This document shows positions 18,073-27,329 of a stretch of DNA of 34,130 bases, piece after piece. How positions within the stretch are numbered: position 1 is the stretch's first letter; each line of letters begins with the position of its first letter. The notes under the pieces are model-generated. The model did no database searches and had not been told where the DNA came from. It saw only the letters and a list, made by a program, of their open reading frames with translations. The position numbers were made by a program, and so were the translations under genes. Location: sequence record DRR723986_7992. One strand, given 5' to 3'.

Positions 18073-19260
18073 CTAGCTGGCAGTCTGGTGAGTGGAGATC
18101 GGGGAGGGCGCGCGCCGCCGCTCAATCGCGAAGGAGGCAAGTGCGACCACGATGGCGAGGAGGGGGAAGCCCGCGGCGACCAGAGGCAGGTTTTCAAGTC
18201 CGGGCCCACGGGAGATGGCCAGGCCGCCGGCCCAGGCTCCAAGTGCGTTGCCGAGATTGAAGGCGGCAATGTTCAGGCTGGACGCAAGGCTTTCTCCGGC
18301 GCCTACTGCCTTCGACAGAACCCAGGACTGAAGCGGAGGAACCGTTGCGAAACCCGCCACGCCGAGCAGTCCCGTCAGCACCACGGCCGCGGTCTGGTTT
18401 CCAAAGGCGGCGGACATGACCGCCAGCACGAGTGCAAGGGCTGCCATGCTGCCGATGAGCGCGGTCTTCAGTCTGATGTCGGCAAGTTTTCCGCCCAGGA
18501 GATTTCCGGCGACCAGCCCCCCACCGAAGATCAACAGGATCGGGGATACCGCCGTGTCGGCAAATCCACTGACCTGCGTCAGCAACGGGGCGATGTAGGT
18601 GAACAGAGTGAAGACGCCTGCAAACCCCAGGACCGTGGTCAGGAAACCGAGAAGGACGGAGGCGCGCGACACGGCCTTCAGATCGGCCCGCCAGCCGGAT
18701 TGTGCGGCGCGCGAACGATCCGTCGGAACGAGCAGAATGAGCACGGCCAGTGCGGCCAGGCCGATCAGCGTCACGGCCCAGAAGGTCATGCGCCAGCTGA
18801 ATTGCTGGCCAAGCCAGGTTCCGGCAGGCACGCCGAGGATGTTGGCAAGCGTCAGCCCTGTAAACATGATGGCAATTGCGGACGCCTGCTTGTCCTTGCC
18901 GACCATGGAGGCGGCAAAGACCGAGCCGACACCGAAGTAGGTTCCATGAGCGAGGGCTGTGAGGATACGGGCTGCCATCAGCAGGTCGTAGCTGGGCGCA
19001 AGCGCGCAAGCGGCGTTCCCGATGATGAAGATCACCATCAGGCCGATCAGCACGCGCTTCCTGTTCCATGTCGCGGTGAAGACGGTCAGGATGGGCGCAC
19101 CGACTACGACCCCGAGGGCGTAGCCGGAGATGAGCATTCCTGCTGCAGCGACCGAGACACCAAGATCGCGGCTGACCTCTAGCAGAAGGCCCATGATGAC
19201 GAATTCTGTGACGCCGATGCCGAAGGCTCCGGCCGCCAGTGCATAAAGAGCAAGGGGCAT
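18073..19260 (-). CDS. MFS efflux transporter (DHA1/AraJ-like)
   Basis: FGIGVTEFVIMGLL, GLTLANILGVP.G, AFNLGNALGA; about 12 TM segments. Confidence 0.93.
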   Translation of the reverse strand: MPLALYALAAGAFGIGVTEFVIMGLLLEVSRDLGVSVAAAGMLISGYALGVVVGAPILTVFTATWNRKRVLIGLMVIFIIGNAACALAPSYDLLMAARILTALAHGTYFGVGSVFAASMVGKDKQASAIAIMFTGLTLANILGVPAGTWLGQQFSWRMTFWAVTLIGLAALAVLILLVPTDRSRAAQSGWRADLKAVSRASVLLGFLTTVLGFAGVFTLFTYIAPLLTQVSGFADTAVSPILLIFGGGLVAGNLLGGKLADIRLKTALIGSMAALALVLAVMSAAFGNQTAAVVLTGLLGVAGFATVPPLQSWVLSKAVGAGESLASSLNIAAFNLGNALGAWAGGLAISRGPGLENLPLVAAGFPLLAIVVALASFAIERRRAPSPISTHQTAS

Positions 19261-19337
19261 TTTGGATCCGGTCCATGAAATTTCGATGGACGGAACCTAG
19301 GCAGTGCTCATATCATGAACTATACGCCCGAAATGAA

Positions 19338-19359
19338 TATAATAAGTGAATTGAAGTCA
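19338..19359 (+). promoter_or_regulatory. -10 box and LysR T-N11-A operator
   Basis: TATAAT at 19338-19343; TGA-N7-TCA at 19347-19359, just before the LysR ATG. Confidence 0.55.
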
Positions 19360-19360
19360 T

Positions 19361-20266
19361 ATGTCGCGCGCCAGCATAAACCGCAGCGGTGAGATGGAGG
19401 TCTTTGTTCAGGTTGTTGAACTGGGCGGGTTTTCCCACGCAGCCAGGAACCTGGGGATGACCCAGTCTGCAGTCAGCAAGCTTATTTCCCGGCTCGAAAC
19501 ACGGCTTGGTGCACGGCTCTTCAACCGGTCCACCCGGCGTCTGGATCTGACGGCCGAAGGATGTGTCTTTTACGAGCGTGCGCGAGAAATTCTCTCAAGC
19601 ATCGATGAAGCGGAACGGCAGGCAGGGTTGGGCGAGCAGCCGGTCGGCCGCATTCGGCTGAACACCAGCGCCTCCTATGCGACCCACATTCTTGAGCCCG
19701 TCCTGCCTGTGTTCCTCCAGCAGTACCCCGACATCTCTCTCGAAATCGTTCTGACCGACGCCTTGATCGACCTTCTCGCGGAGCGGACGGATGTTGTGGT
19801 GCGGGCAGGGCCGCTCAAGGACTCCAGCCTGGTAGCACGCAAGCTCGGCGAAACACCGATGCTGATCGTCGCCTCGCCTGACTATCTTCAGCGTGTCGGG
19901 GAACCTGCCTGTGTCGCGGATCTGGAGGGGCACAGGAAAATCGGGTTCAACTATCCGCGGGAAGTCGATACCTGGCGCTTTCTGCGAGACGACGAACCGA
20001 TAGCAGTCTGCCCGCCCGGGCGCGTTCAGGCGAGCGACGGCGAGGCCATCCGCCGACTGGCGATCAACGGCCTTGGGCTGGCGCGTCTGGCCGCCTTTAC
20101 AGTACGTGCTGACATCGCCGCGGGACGTCTGAAGCCGGTTCTTGAAAAGTGTTATGCAGACGACAGCGAAGCCTTCCACGCGGTCTACACCGGCCAGGGC
20201 GGCCCTTTGCCGGCGCGTGTCCGCGTGCTGCTGAACTTTCTCGCTGAACATGGCGCCGTGTCCTGA
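19361..20266 (+). CDS. LysR family transcriptional regulator (CrgA-like)
   Basis: FVQVVELGGFSHAAR.LG.TQSAVSKLISRLE.RLGARLFNRSTR; divergent from the MFS-AKR operon. Confidence 0.95.
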   Translation: MSRASINRSGEMEVFVQVVELGGFSHAARNLGMTQSAVSKLISRLETRLGARLFNRSTRRLDLTAEGCVFYERAREILSSIDEAERQAGLGEQPVGRIRLNTSASYATHILEPVLPVFLQQYPDISLEIVLTDALIDLLAERTDVVVRAGPLKDSSLVARKLGETPMLIVASPDYLQRVGEPACVADLEGHRKIGFNYPREVDTWRFLRDDEPIAVCPPGRVQASDGEAIRRLAINGLGLARLAAFTVRADIAAGRLKPVLEKCYADDSEAFHAVYTGQGGPLPARVRVLLNFLAEHGAVS

Positions 20267-20286
20267 CGCGCGGCTTACGAACCGCC

Positions 20287-21834
20287 TTACTTGAAACACC
20301 CCAGATGAACGCCTTCGAAATCGCTTGAGCAGGCCACCAGGCTCATGAGCGATTTCTGGGCGTTGGTGAGGCCTGCTGCCGGAACGGGCGCTTCAACGCG
20401 AATGGTGGCGGCCCGGTTGCCGGAGCGAAGGGCGAGCCAGTAGTAGGAGGTGCCGGTTTCGGTGTCCTCGCCGGACCGTACCAGAGCGTCCGGCTTGTCC
20501 TGGCTATAGAGAATGCTGGTTCCTTCCGCCTGCTCGGCCAGCTCTTCAAAGAGCTTTGCCGGGCCGGTCTGTTCGACAATCGTCAGCCTTTCGCCGAGGT
20601 AGCTGCGCGACCATTGTGTGGCAGCCAGGGTTTCCACGGGCCAGGGGCGGCTGTGGCTCGGCAGGTGCGGGTTGGCGACCCGGCCTTTGGCGGCCTCTAT
20701 TTCTTCCCAAACCGCGCGTGGCATGTCGTTCAGCTTTTCATCCGGAGCCATCAGCACATGGTTGAGCGGCCCCAGCTTGATGAAAGCGTCCGTTGCCCGT
20801 CCTCCCCGATAACCAAGCGACGACCAGCCGCCGTCTTTCGAATTGTGAAACGACAACAGCGGCTCGAAGATTTCGCCGTCGCTGACCAGCCGGTAGAGAG
20901 ACATGGTATCGATGGTGCCGGACTGCTTGTCACGCGGAACGCCGCAGCCAGCAACGTTGAGCGGCCGGTCGGCAAGGTCGTAGAGCCTGATCCTGTCGCC
21001 CTCCGGTGTGCGGCCGTCGTTGGTATCTTCCAGCAGTGACGCATCAAGCAGGCCCAGGGGTTGTTCGTAGTGCAGCGCGGCCAGGCGGCTGCACACGTTC
21101 AGGATCTGGTTCTCGAACGGGATGTTCAGAAGGGCCGGGTCGAAGCTGGGCAATTGCGCCCTGATTGCAAAGAGCGCGGCGGGCGTATCGACTTCATAAA
21201 ATCCTTCCGGCCCCATGCTGATGATCCGGTCCAGCACATGCTGACTGACCGAATAGCGTGTCAGGTTCTTGACGATGTCGGCAATCGCAAGCCGGGTCAG
21301 CTCGAGCAGCTGACCCAATTGACCGCTGCGGACGGCGGCAACCGCAGTCTCTTCGGTAAAATAGGGCGAGTGGAAACCGATCCTTGCACCCGGTTCAATG
21401 GTGCGGTCGATGAAGGTGCCGATGCCGCCGGTCGGCCAGAAGGACGAGCCGCCCAGAAACGCCATGGCACAGGCCGAGACGCAGCTGTCTCCGGCTTCGA
21501 CCACTGTTGCGATGGTGTTGTTTCTGAAGAAGTCCGCCAGCTTTACCCCGGCTGAATAGGAACCGCCGGGGCTCGACAGCGAGACGACGGCACGCGGCCC
21601 GCCAAAATCGTTGTTGCAGGCCGCACCCGAACAGCGCGCCAGCTGCGCGAAGGCCTCCTCCACGCGCTCGCCGTCCTCCGCCCGTATTTCCCCTTCCAGC
21701 CGCAGATGCACCACCGGTGCGGCATCACTGTAGCGGAAGGAGACAAGCGTCAACTCAGCGGATGAGGCGCTCTGGGCGCACAGCAGCAGTGTGGCAAGAA
21801 AGAAAAAGGGCCGGGTAGGAAAACGGAAGGGCAT
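20287..21834 (-). CDS. Exported protein with COG3904-like (ClpP/crotonase-fold) N-terminal domain
   Basis: Signal peptide; LSSPGG, CVSACAMAFLGG and IGFHSP motifs. Confidence 0.75.
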   Translation of the reverse strand: MPFRFPTRPFFFLATLLLCAQSASSAELTLVSFRYSDAAPVVHLRLEGEIRAEDGERVEEAFAQLARCSGAACNNDFGGPRAVVSLSSPGGSYSAGVKLADFFRNNTIATVVEAGDSCVSACAMAFLGGSSFWPTGGIGTFIDRTIEPGARIGFHSPYFTEETAVAAVRSGQLGQLLELTRLAIADIVKNLTRYSVSQHVLDRIISMGPEGFYEVDTPAALFAIRAQLPSFDPALLNIPFENQILNVCSRLAALHYEQPLGLLDASLLEDTNDGRTPEGDRIRLYDLADRPLNVAGCGVPRDKQSGTIDTMSLYRLVSDGEIFEPLLSFHNSKDGGWSSLGYRGGRATDAFIKLGPLNHVLMAPDEKLNDMPRAVWEEIEAAKGRVANPHLPSHSRPWPVETLAATQWSRSYLGERLTIVEQTGPAKLFEELAEQAEGTSILYSQDKPDALVRSGEDTETGTSYYWLALRSGNRAATIRVEAPVPAAGLTNAQKSLMSLVACSSDFEGVHLGCFK

Positions 21835-22075
21835 GGCAAATCAGGCTTTCGAAATGTCACCAGGCTGCACCTGCCACCACGAGAGAAGTTCGGATTTCCC
21901 GAACAGTCAAAACCTGGAAAATTCCGCAGTGGAGGCAAAAGAGGTGCCGCCATATGGCGTGAACAGAAATCGGAAAAACCATAGCATGGGTTCTTCCGCG
22001 CTCACATCGCAAGATATGAAACCTGCCCTTTTAAGGCAGTTCTGTGCTGCGGCTGCCTGAAGCGCTGCAGGGCGA

Positions 22076-22708
22076 TCAGGAGCCAGTCTTCTTCTGGCGT
22101 GAACGCCTCGCCCAGATCTTCAGGTCAAAAATCACTTTCACCGTCGCGGCGACTGCCAAAGCACAAAGCGCGGCCTTGGACAGTGTCTCCATCGTGCCTT
22201 TGATCAACAGCGCATGAACCACGCTGCCGGCGACGATCACCATGGCCAGCAGGGTGTGCAGCCGGCGCCAGAGGCGGGGAGAAAGAGCAAGGCTTCGCCG
22301 GAACGCGGCAAGAAAGGCTGCGGCAAAGACGGCCCACATGGCGATAACACCCCAGACAGAAAAGGGTGTCGGTGATCTGAAGAGAAGGGCGTCGATCACA
22401 TCCGGCGGGCTGGTGAGCCAGAGCCCTCCGACGTGGAGAATGATCGCAGCTACCAGCAAAAGACCGGTCCAGCGGTGGACGCGCCGTCCGCGCAGGCCTT
22501 CAGCGCCAGGGAGATAACCTCCAGCCAGCAAGGGCTGCAACAAGAGCAGCGCCATCGCTGTGATGCCTGCAAAGCCTGCCGCGATATAGACCGGCTGGCG
22601 CCATTGCAGCAGCGGGCTTGCCGCCGCTGCGAGCATGGGCACAGCAAGGATCGTTGCCAGGATGGCCCATATCAGAAGAGCGCGAGGGCGGATCATGCCG
22701 TCGGGCAA
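22076..22708 (-). CDS. Ferric reductase-like transmembrane domain protein
   Basis: Six TM segments with heme-ligand-like His pairs (VHRWTG..LH; WRRLH..VH). Confidence 0.85.
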   Translation of the reverse strand: MPDGMIRPRALLIWAILATILAVPMLAAAASPLLQWRQPVYIAAGFAGITAMALLLLQPLLAGGYLPGAEGLRGRRVHRWTGLLLVAAIILHVGGLWLTSPPDVIDALLFRSPTPFSVWGVIAMWAVFAAAFLAAFRRSLALSPRLWRRLHTLLAMVIVAGSVVHALLIKGTMETLSKAALCALAVAATVKVIFDLKIWARRSRQKKTGS

Positions 22709-22715
22709 GTCCGGA

Positions 22716-23204
22716 TCAAGCAGGCTGCAGCACGAAATGTGCTTCCAGGCTGGTATCGGCCGAGCTTCTCATCACCGGCCGCAGAAAGACGGTTTCGAAC
22801 TCTCCGCTGTCATAGGCCAGATGCCCGTGGGGCTGGCCGAAGGCCGGAACGATCTGCGGCATTTCCAGGCGAAAGACGCCGTTGGCATCGGTGAGCGTCG
22901 CGCCATGGCTGCGCTGGTCGCGTTCGTTCCCCTCGGTCGTATGTGCCCAGATCTGAATGCGCTGGCCTGCCAGAGGGGCACCGTCCCCTGCGCGTCGCAC
23001 GGTTCCGCTCATCCAGAAACCGCCACCGCCAATCCTGTCGACAATGGGCGCACCGGGCCGATAGTTGTTGGACCCGCCCCGCATCGACGCTGTCGGCGCC
23101 ACGCCTTTGGCCTGTGCGGGAACACTCAAACCGGATGCACCCGACACCAGCAGGGCGGTTCCGGTGACAAGCAGGTTTCGGCGGGTAATGAGACCGGATG
23201 TCAT
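22716..23204 (-). CDS. Tat-exported intradiol ring-cleavage dioxygenase-like protein
   Basis: TRRNLL twin-arginine leader; G.V...DGAPLAG.RI.IW, TDANG.FRL and PHGH motifs. Confidence 0.78.
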   Translation of the reverse strand: MTSGLITRRNLLVTGTALLVSGASGLSVPAQAKGVAPTASMRGGSNNYRPGAPIVDRIGGGGFWMSGTVRRAGDGAPLAGQRIQIWAHTTEGNERDQRSHGATLTDANGVFRLEMPQIVPAFGQPHGHLAYDSGEFETVFLRPVMRSSADTSLEAHFVLQPA

Positions 23205-23638
23205 GAGTAATCTCCTGTCGGGCGTTTGGGCCCGGCTCCTTGTGGGCACCGGGCGCGTCCGATGTTCAAGTATAGGGTGTTTCCGGGCATTTCCGAGGCA
23301 TCGGGACGTTTCATTCAGCGGATCGTGCTCACACCTGCGTGAGCAATCGGCATCGCATTCGGGCGGTTGGACTGTTGCAATTTTTCAATCGCTTGAAATT
23401 TTCTCGGGATTTCGCGTCTGCATGGGATTTTTCCGGATTTTCTTCGCCGGCAATGTGACGTAACGTTCGGTGCAGATGCAAGAAGCCGGGAGTTGCCTTG
23501 GTGTTGGCTCTTGGGTGCAGGCCTGAGGGCCTTCGCAAGGCGCGGTAAAGCTGCCGCATTGTAAACTGATCCAGGACGCGGCCTTGGCGTTACGGTCAGC
23601 AGTCTTACCCGACCCTTGAACGACCAAAGAGTGAGACA

Positions 23639-24412
23639 TTGAAGACCGGCTTCATTTTCCTCATCGCTGCAATTGTGACTTTTTGTTCATTGGTTCCTTC
23701 ACTGGCAGGCAACGCCGCAGGTTTTGCCCCGCTCAAGCTGGAAGGACATCTCGTGAAATGGGGAAAGACGGAGCTCGGCACGCCGGCTCACGTCACCTAT
23801 GCCTTCGTGCAGCAGCCCATCGTGCAGGAGAAAGCGCGAAATTGCGGGGCGATGGACAGTCTGGCGCGCCTTGCGCGCTTGAGTTCCCTGGGCCTTGAGG
23901 ACGTGCGGCGCCAGGCGTCGCTCGCTTTCCAGCTTTGGCAAAATGTCAGCGGGCTCACCTTCGAAGAGATCGCGGACGTGAACGCGGCAGATATTCTGCT
24001 GGGCGTGCAGTCCATTCCAAGGGGGTTTGCGTTCACCAACGTCAGGTTTCAGTCCGAATTTGCAGATCGTCCTAAGTCGAATGTGACCGACGTTTCGGAC
24101 CGTGGTCTCGGAAAACCCGGCCGGCAACCGGAAGCACGGTCAGGTGCCACGGCGGCCGCCAAGCTTGCGCGGATCACCCGGTCTGCCGTTTGTCTCAATC
24201 CGGTTCACAAATGGAAAATCGGCTTCGACGGCGATTTGAAGACCTATGATTTGCAGTACACCTTTGCCCATGAAATCGGTCATGCGATCGGCCTTGATCA
24301 CTACCTTCGCAAGAGCTCGATCATGCACTTCAAGTACCGGGAAACCTTCGAGGGTCTGCAGCCGAGCGATATCGAGGGAGTGCGGTGGCTATACGGTGCC
24401 CGTATAGATTGA
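23639..24412 (+). CDS. Matrixin family (M10) zinc metalloprotease, exported
   Basis: HEIGHAIGLDH zinc motif plus SIM Met-turn; signal peptide. Confidence 0.9.
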   Translation: MKTGFIFLIAAIVTFCSLVPSLAGNAAGFAPLKLEGHLVKWGKTELGTPAHVTYAFVQQPIVQEKARNCGAMDSLARLARLSSLGLEDVRRQASLAFQLWQNVSGLTFEEIADVNAADILLGVQSIPRGFAFTNVRFQSEFADRPKSNVTDVSDRGLGKPGRQPEARSGATAAAKLARITRSAVCLNPVHKWKIGFDGDLKTYDLQYTFAHEIGHAIGLDHYLRKSSIMHFKYRETFEGLQPSDIEGVRWLYGARID

Positions 24413-24424
24413 ATCGATCATCAA

Positions 24425-24463
24425 ATTGACACGTTTTGCGGGTATGTCCCGTCACGTGTCAAT
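24425..24463. repeat. Perfect 10-bp inverted repeat / hairpin
   Basis: ATTGACACGT (24425-24434) and ACGTGTCAAT (24454-24463), inner GCGGG/CCCGT stem. Confidence 0.75.
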
Positions 24464-24605
24464 AAGTAACCTGCTGATATTTAATAGCTAATTTTATCAA
24501 GTCTTTGCCCGAAAAGGTCAATTTTGCTTCCTATCTGTTTGTCTACGCATCGGTGAGGGCGAACGGGTTGTCTGCTCTGCCGGCGCGGCAACAAGGGAGT
24601 GAATC

Positions 24606-25154
24606 ATGAAGTGCAACATCGTTCCGGCCACAATCGCCGCCCTGGCGCTGTCGCTCAGTCCCGCGCTGGCGCAGGAGACCTCTCAACCCCGCGAAGCAGA
24701 CCCGATGATCCAGGAAACAATGCCCGAGGGCGATGCGCCTGAGATCGCGTTCGAAGGCGTGACCCCGTTTCTTGCCCAGCAGGAATCCGGCCATTGGCTT
24801 TCCAGCAACCTGATCGGGCAGGAAGTTACCAATCCGGCTGGCGACACGATTGGCGAGGTGGCAGCGCTTGAAATCGATGGCGAAGGCAGGGTCGTTGGTG
24901 TCGTGATCGAGGCAGGAGGCTTTCTGGGCCTCGGCACCAAACTGATAGGCGTTCCCTATGATGCGGTCGAGCACAGCAAGGTGGAGCCGGGTGACCAGAC
25001 GCTGGTGATCAAGGCCTCTCTGGACGAGGTTGATGCAGCTCCTGCGTTTCTGACGTCACTGCAGATACGCCAGGCGGAAGAAGCTGCAAAGGCACGGCAG
25101 GAGGCCGAGCAGCTGAATGCCCCCGCAGTGGGCGAACCTCAGACGGCGCAGTAA
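24606..25154 (+). CDS. PRC-barrel domain protein, exported
   Basis: Signal peptide; SNLIGQEV.N..GDTIGEV..L.ID..G....VVI..GGFLGLG.K. Confidence 0.9.
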   Translation: MKCNIVPATIAALALSLSPALAQETSQPREADPMIQETMPEGDAPEIAFEGVTPFLAQQESGHWLSSNLIGQEVTNPAGDTIGEVAALEIDGEGRVVGVVIEAGGFLGLGTKLIGVPYDAVEHSKVEPGDQTLVIKASLDEVDAAPAFLTSLQIRQAEEAAKARQEAEQLNAPAVGEPQTAQ

Positions 25155-25194
25155 CCATGGCCGCCTGCGTTCTCATCTGGAACGCGCAAGGACG

Positions 25195-25232
25195 GATCGG
25201 ACCGGGTCACGCAATGTGGTCCGGTCTTTTTT
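25195..25232 (+). terminator. Rho-independent terminator
   Basis: GATCGGACCG/TGGTCCGGTC stem followed by TTTTTT. Confidence 0.7.
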
Positions 25233-25351
25233 GAAAGTGTCGGCTTCCGGCTCCGTCCCTGAAACGCCAAAGCGGATCTATTCCTTGGATTTCGCCCGGC
25301 AACCCCGGCCGGATTATTGCCCGCCCGAGGCTTCGCACGTAGGATGCCGCG

Positions 25352-26026
25352 ATGGGGCGCATTCTGGAAACCGAGCTCTATCCGCCGGTCAAAGCTTTTC
25401 TTGTTGAGCAGGGATATGAGGTGAAGGCCGAAGTCGGTTCGGCCGATATCGTCGCGTGCCGCGAGGGTGCGGATCCGGTGATTGTCGAACTCAAGACCGG
25501 GTTCACTTTGAGCCTGTTTCATCAGGCGGTCGTGCGCCAGTCGGTGACCGACGCAGTCTATGTCGCGGTTGCCCGAGGCAAGGGTCGGCAGTTTCTCCAG
25601 TCCCTGAAGAAGAACCTGCAGCTTGCCCGAAGGCTGGGCCTTGGCGTGATCACGGTCAGGCTGCCGGATGGCGTTGTCGAGGTGCACCTGGACCCGGCGC
25701 CTTTCACCCCGCGCAAGTCCAAGGCGCGCAAGGATCGGCTTCTGCGGGAGTTTGCCCGCCGGGTCGGCGACCCGAACACCGGCGGTTCGACGCGCACCAC
25801 GCTCGTGACGGCCTACCGGCAGGACGCGATCCGCTGCGCGGAACATCTTTCCACCAACGGCCCCAGCCGCGGCGCGGATGTCGCCAGGGCAACCGGCGTT
25901 GCCACCGCAACCCGCATGATGGCCGACGATCACTACGGCTGGTTCGAGCGGGTGGAAAGAGGCATCTATGCCCTGACGCCCAAGGGGGCAGCGTCTCTGA
26001 GCACGCCGGACGAGGCAGCCGGATAG
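25352..26026 (+). CDS. DUF2161 family putative PD-(D/E)XK nuclease-fold protein
   Basis: ETELYPPVK.FL..QGYEVK.EV..ADIVA, IVELK, GDPNTGG, TAYRQDA, YGWFERVERGIY. Confidence 0.88.
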   Translation: MGRILETELYPPVKAFLVEQGYEVKAEVGSADIVACREGADPVIVELKTGFTLSLFHQAVVRQSVTDAVYVAVARGKGRQFLQSLKKNLQLARRLGLGVITVRLPDGVVEVHLDPAPFTPRKSKARKDRLLREFARRVGDPNTGGSTRTTLVTAYRQDAIRCAEHLSTNGPSRGADVARATGVATATRMMADDHYGWFERVERGIYALTPKGAASLSTPDEAAG

Positions 26027-26031
26027 CAGTT

Positions 26032-26517
26032 CTAAAGCCCGTCGATCGGCGTGTTGAGCGCATAATATTCGAGGATGTTGCCATCCGGATCGGTGACCTT
26101 GAACAGACTGATCGGTCCTTCGCTGATCAGGCCGGGGGCCTTCAGCGCATCGGGGGCGACTGTCTCGACATGCTGCAGGGTCGCCTGAATGTCGTCGACC
26201 TTCAGATAGGGGACTGCGTTGCCGCCGAGCTTGGCGTCCGGCGCAAAGGCCTGTTTTGAAATGACGGCGAAGAGGCCCCCCGCCACATCAAAACCGATGA
26301 AGACGTCCGTCTCCACCGTGGGGGCTGCGCTGAAGAGGTCCTGGTAGAACTCACGTGAACGGCTCAGGTCGCTGGACAGCACATAGACGCCAAGTCGTTG
26401 GAAGGCTGCCGCTTGTGAATTTGTCATGTCTGTCTCCTGCGCGCGAAGCGCTGTTCCGCTGGTCAGAAAAAGGATCGCAAGGATCCACAAAAGGTGTTTT
26501 GTCAGGTTTCGGGTCAT
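26032..26517 (-). CDS. VOC family protein with possible signal peptide
   Basis: DL..SREFYQDLF, YLKVDDI and DPDGNILE motifs; alternative internal start at 26427. Confidence 0.85.
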   Translation of the reverse strand: MTRNLTKHLLWILAILFLTSGTALRAQETDMTNSQAAAFQRLGVYVLSSDLSRSREFYQDLFSAAPTVETDVFIGFDVAGGLFAVISKQAFAPDAKLGGNAVPYLKVDDIQATLQHVETVAPDALKAPGLISEGPISLFKVTDPDGNILEYYALNTPIDGL

Positions 26518-26568
26518 GGTCTTCCGGACGCTTTTCAACTCTGGTGTCCGGGTCCTATAAAGGCCCCC

Positions 26569-26590
26569 TGCTGACACCGTGTTGGCAGCA
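26569..26590. promoter_or_regulatory. Palindromic operator between the VOC gene and the WYL regulator
   Basis: TGCTGACA-N6-TGGCAGCA (7 of 8 symmetric). Confidence 0.65.
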
Positions 26591-26610
26591 TCGTGCCGGG
26601 GAGACGGGCC

Positions 26611-27318
26611 ATGCGGCGCGCGGACAGACTGTTTGAAATCATCCAGATCCTGCGCCGGGTGCGCCGGCCGGTGTCGGCGCAGGCGATCGCGGACGAGCTG
26701 GAGGTTTCCAGGCGCTCGGTCTATCGCGACATCGCCACCTTGACGGCGCAGCGCGTGCCGATCCGGGGGGAAGCCGGTGTCGGCTATGTCCTGGAAGAGG
26801 GCTTCGACATGCCGCCCCTGATGCTGACAGCCGAGGAAATAGATGCGGCGGTTCTGGGGGCCCTGTGGGTTTCCACCCGCGCCGAGCCGGAACTTGCCAG
26901 GGCAGCGGAAAACCTGATCGCCAAGATAGAGGCCATCACGCCCGGGCCCCTGCGCCGCCATATCGCGGCAGCCGCGATGAGCGTGCGGCCCGTCGGCCCG
27001 GCATCAGAGGACAAGGTCGATGCGGCCATGCTGCGGCAGGCCATTCTGGAAGGCAGGAAGGTGTCGCTGGGGTACCGCGACGGCGATGGCAGGGAGAGTA
27101 AGCGCGTGGTCTGGCCCGTGTTGCTGGGCTACCGGGACGAAGGCCGCATCCTTGCGGCATGGTGCGAGCTGCGCCAGGGCTTCCGCTATTTCCGCACCGA
27201 CCGCATGACCTTCGCCGAAGCTCTGGATCAACGCTATCCGGAAAGCCGCGGCTCTTTAAAAGAACGCTGGCGGAAGGCCATGGATGCCGAGCGGGAAAGC
27301 TATTTCCCGCGCGCCTGA
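26611..27318 (+). CDS. YafY family HTH-WYL transcriptional regulator
   Basis: MRRADRLFEIIQIL, LEVS.RSVYRDI, GEAGVGY, AWCELRQGFRYFRTDRM. Confidence 0.94.
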   Translation: MRRADRLFEIIQILRRVRRPVSAQAIADELEVSRRSVYRDIATLTAQRVPIRGEAGVGYVLEEGFDMPPLMLTAEEIDAAVLGALWVSTRAEPELARAAENLIAKIEAITPGPLRRHIAAAAMSVRPVGPASEDKVDAAMLRQAILEGRKVSLGYRDGDGRESKRVVWPVLLGYRDEGRILAAWCELRQGFRYFRTDRMTFAEALDQRYPESRGSLKERWRKAMDAERESYFPRA

Positions 27319-27329
27319 GCGCAAGCCAC

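Noticed and set aside
13787-19276. Long alternative ORFs 13787-15316, 16848-17753, 18055-19182 and 18194-19276
   Set aside because: Antisense or off-frame shadows of clear MFS and AKR genes
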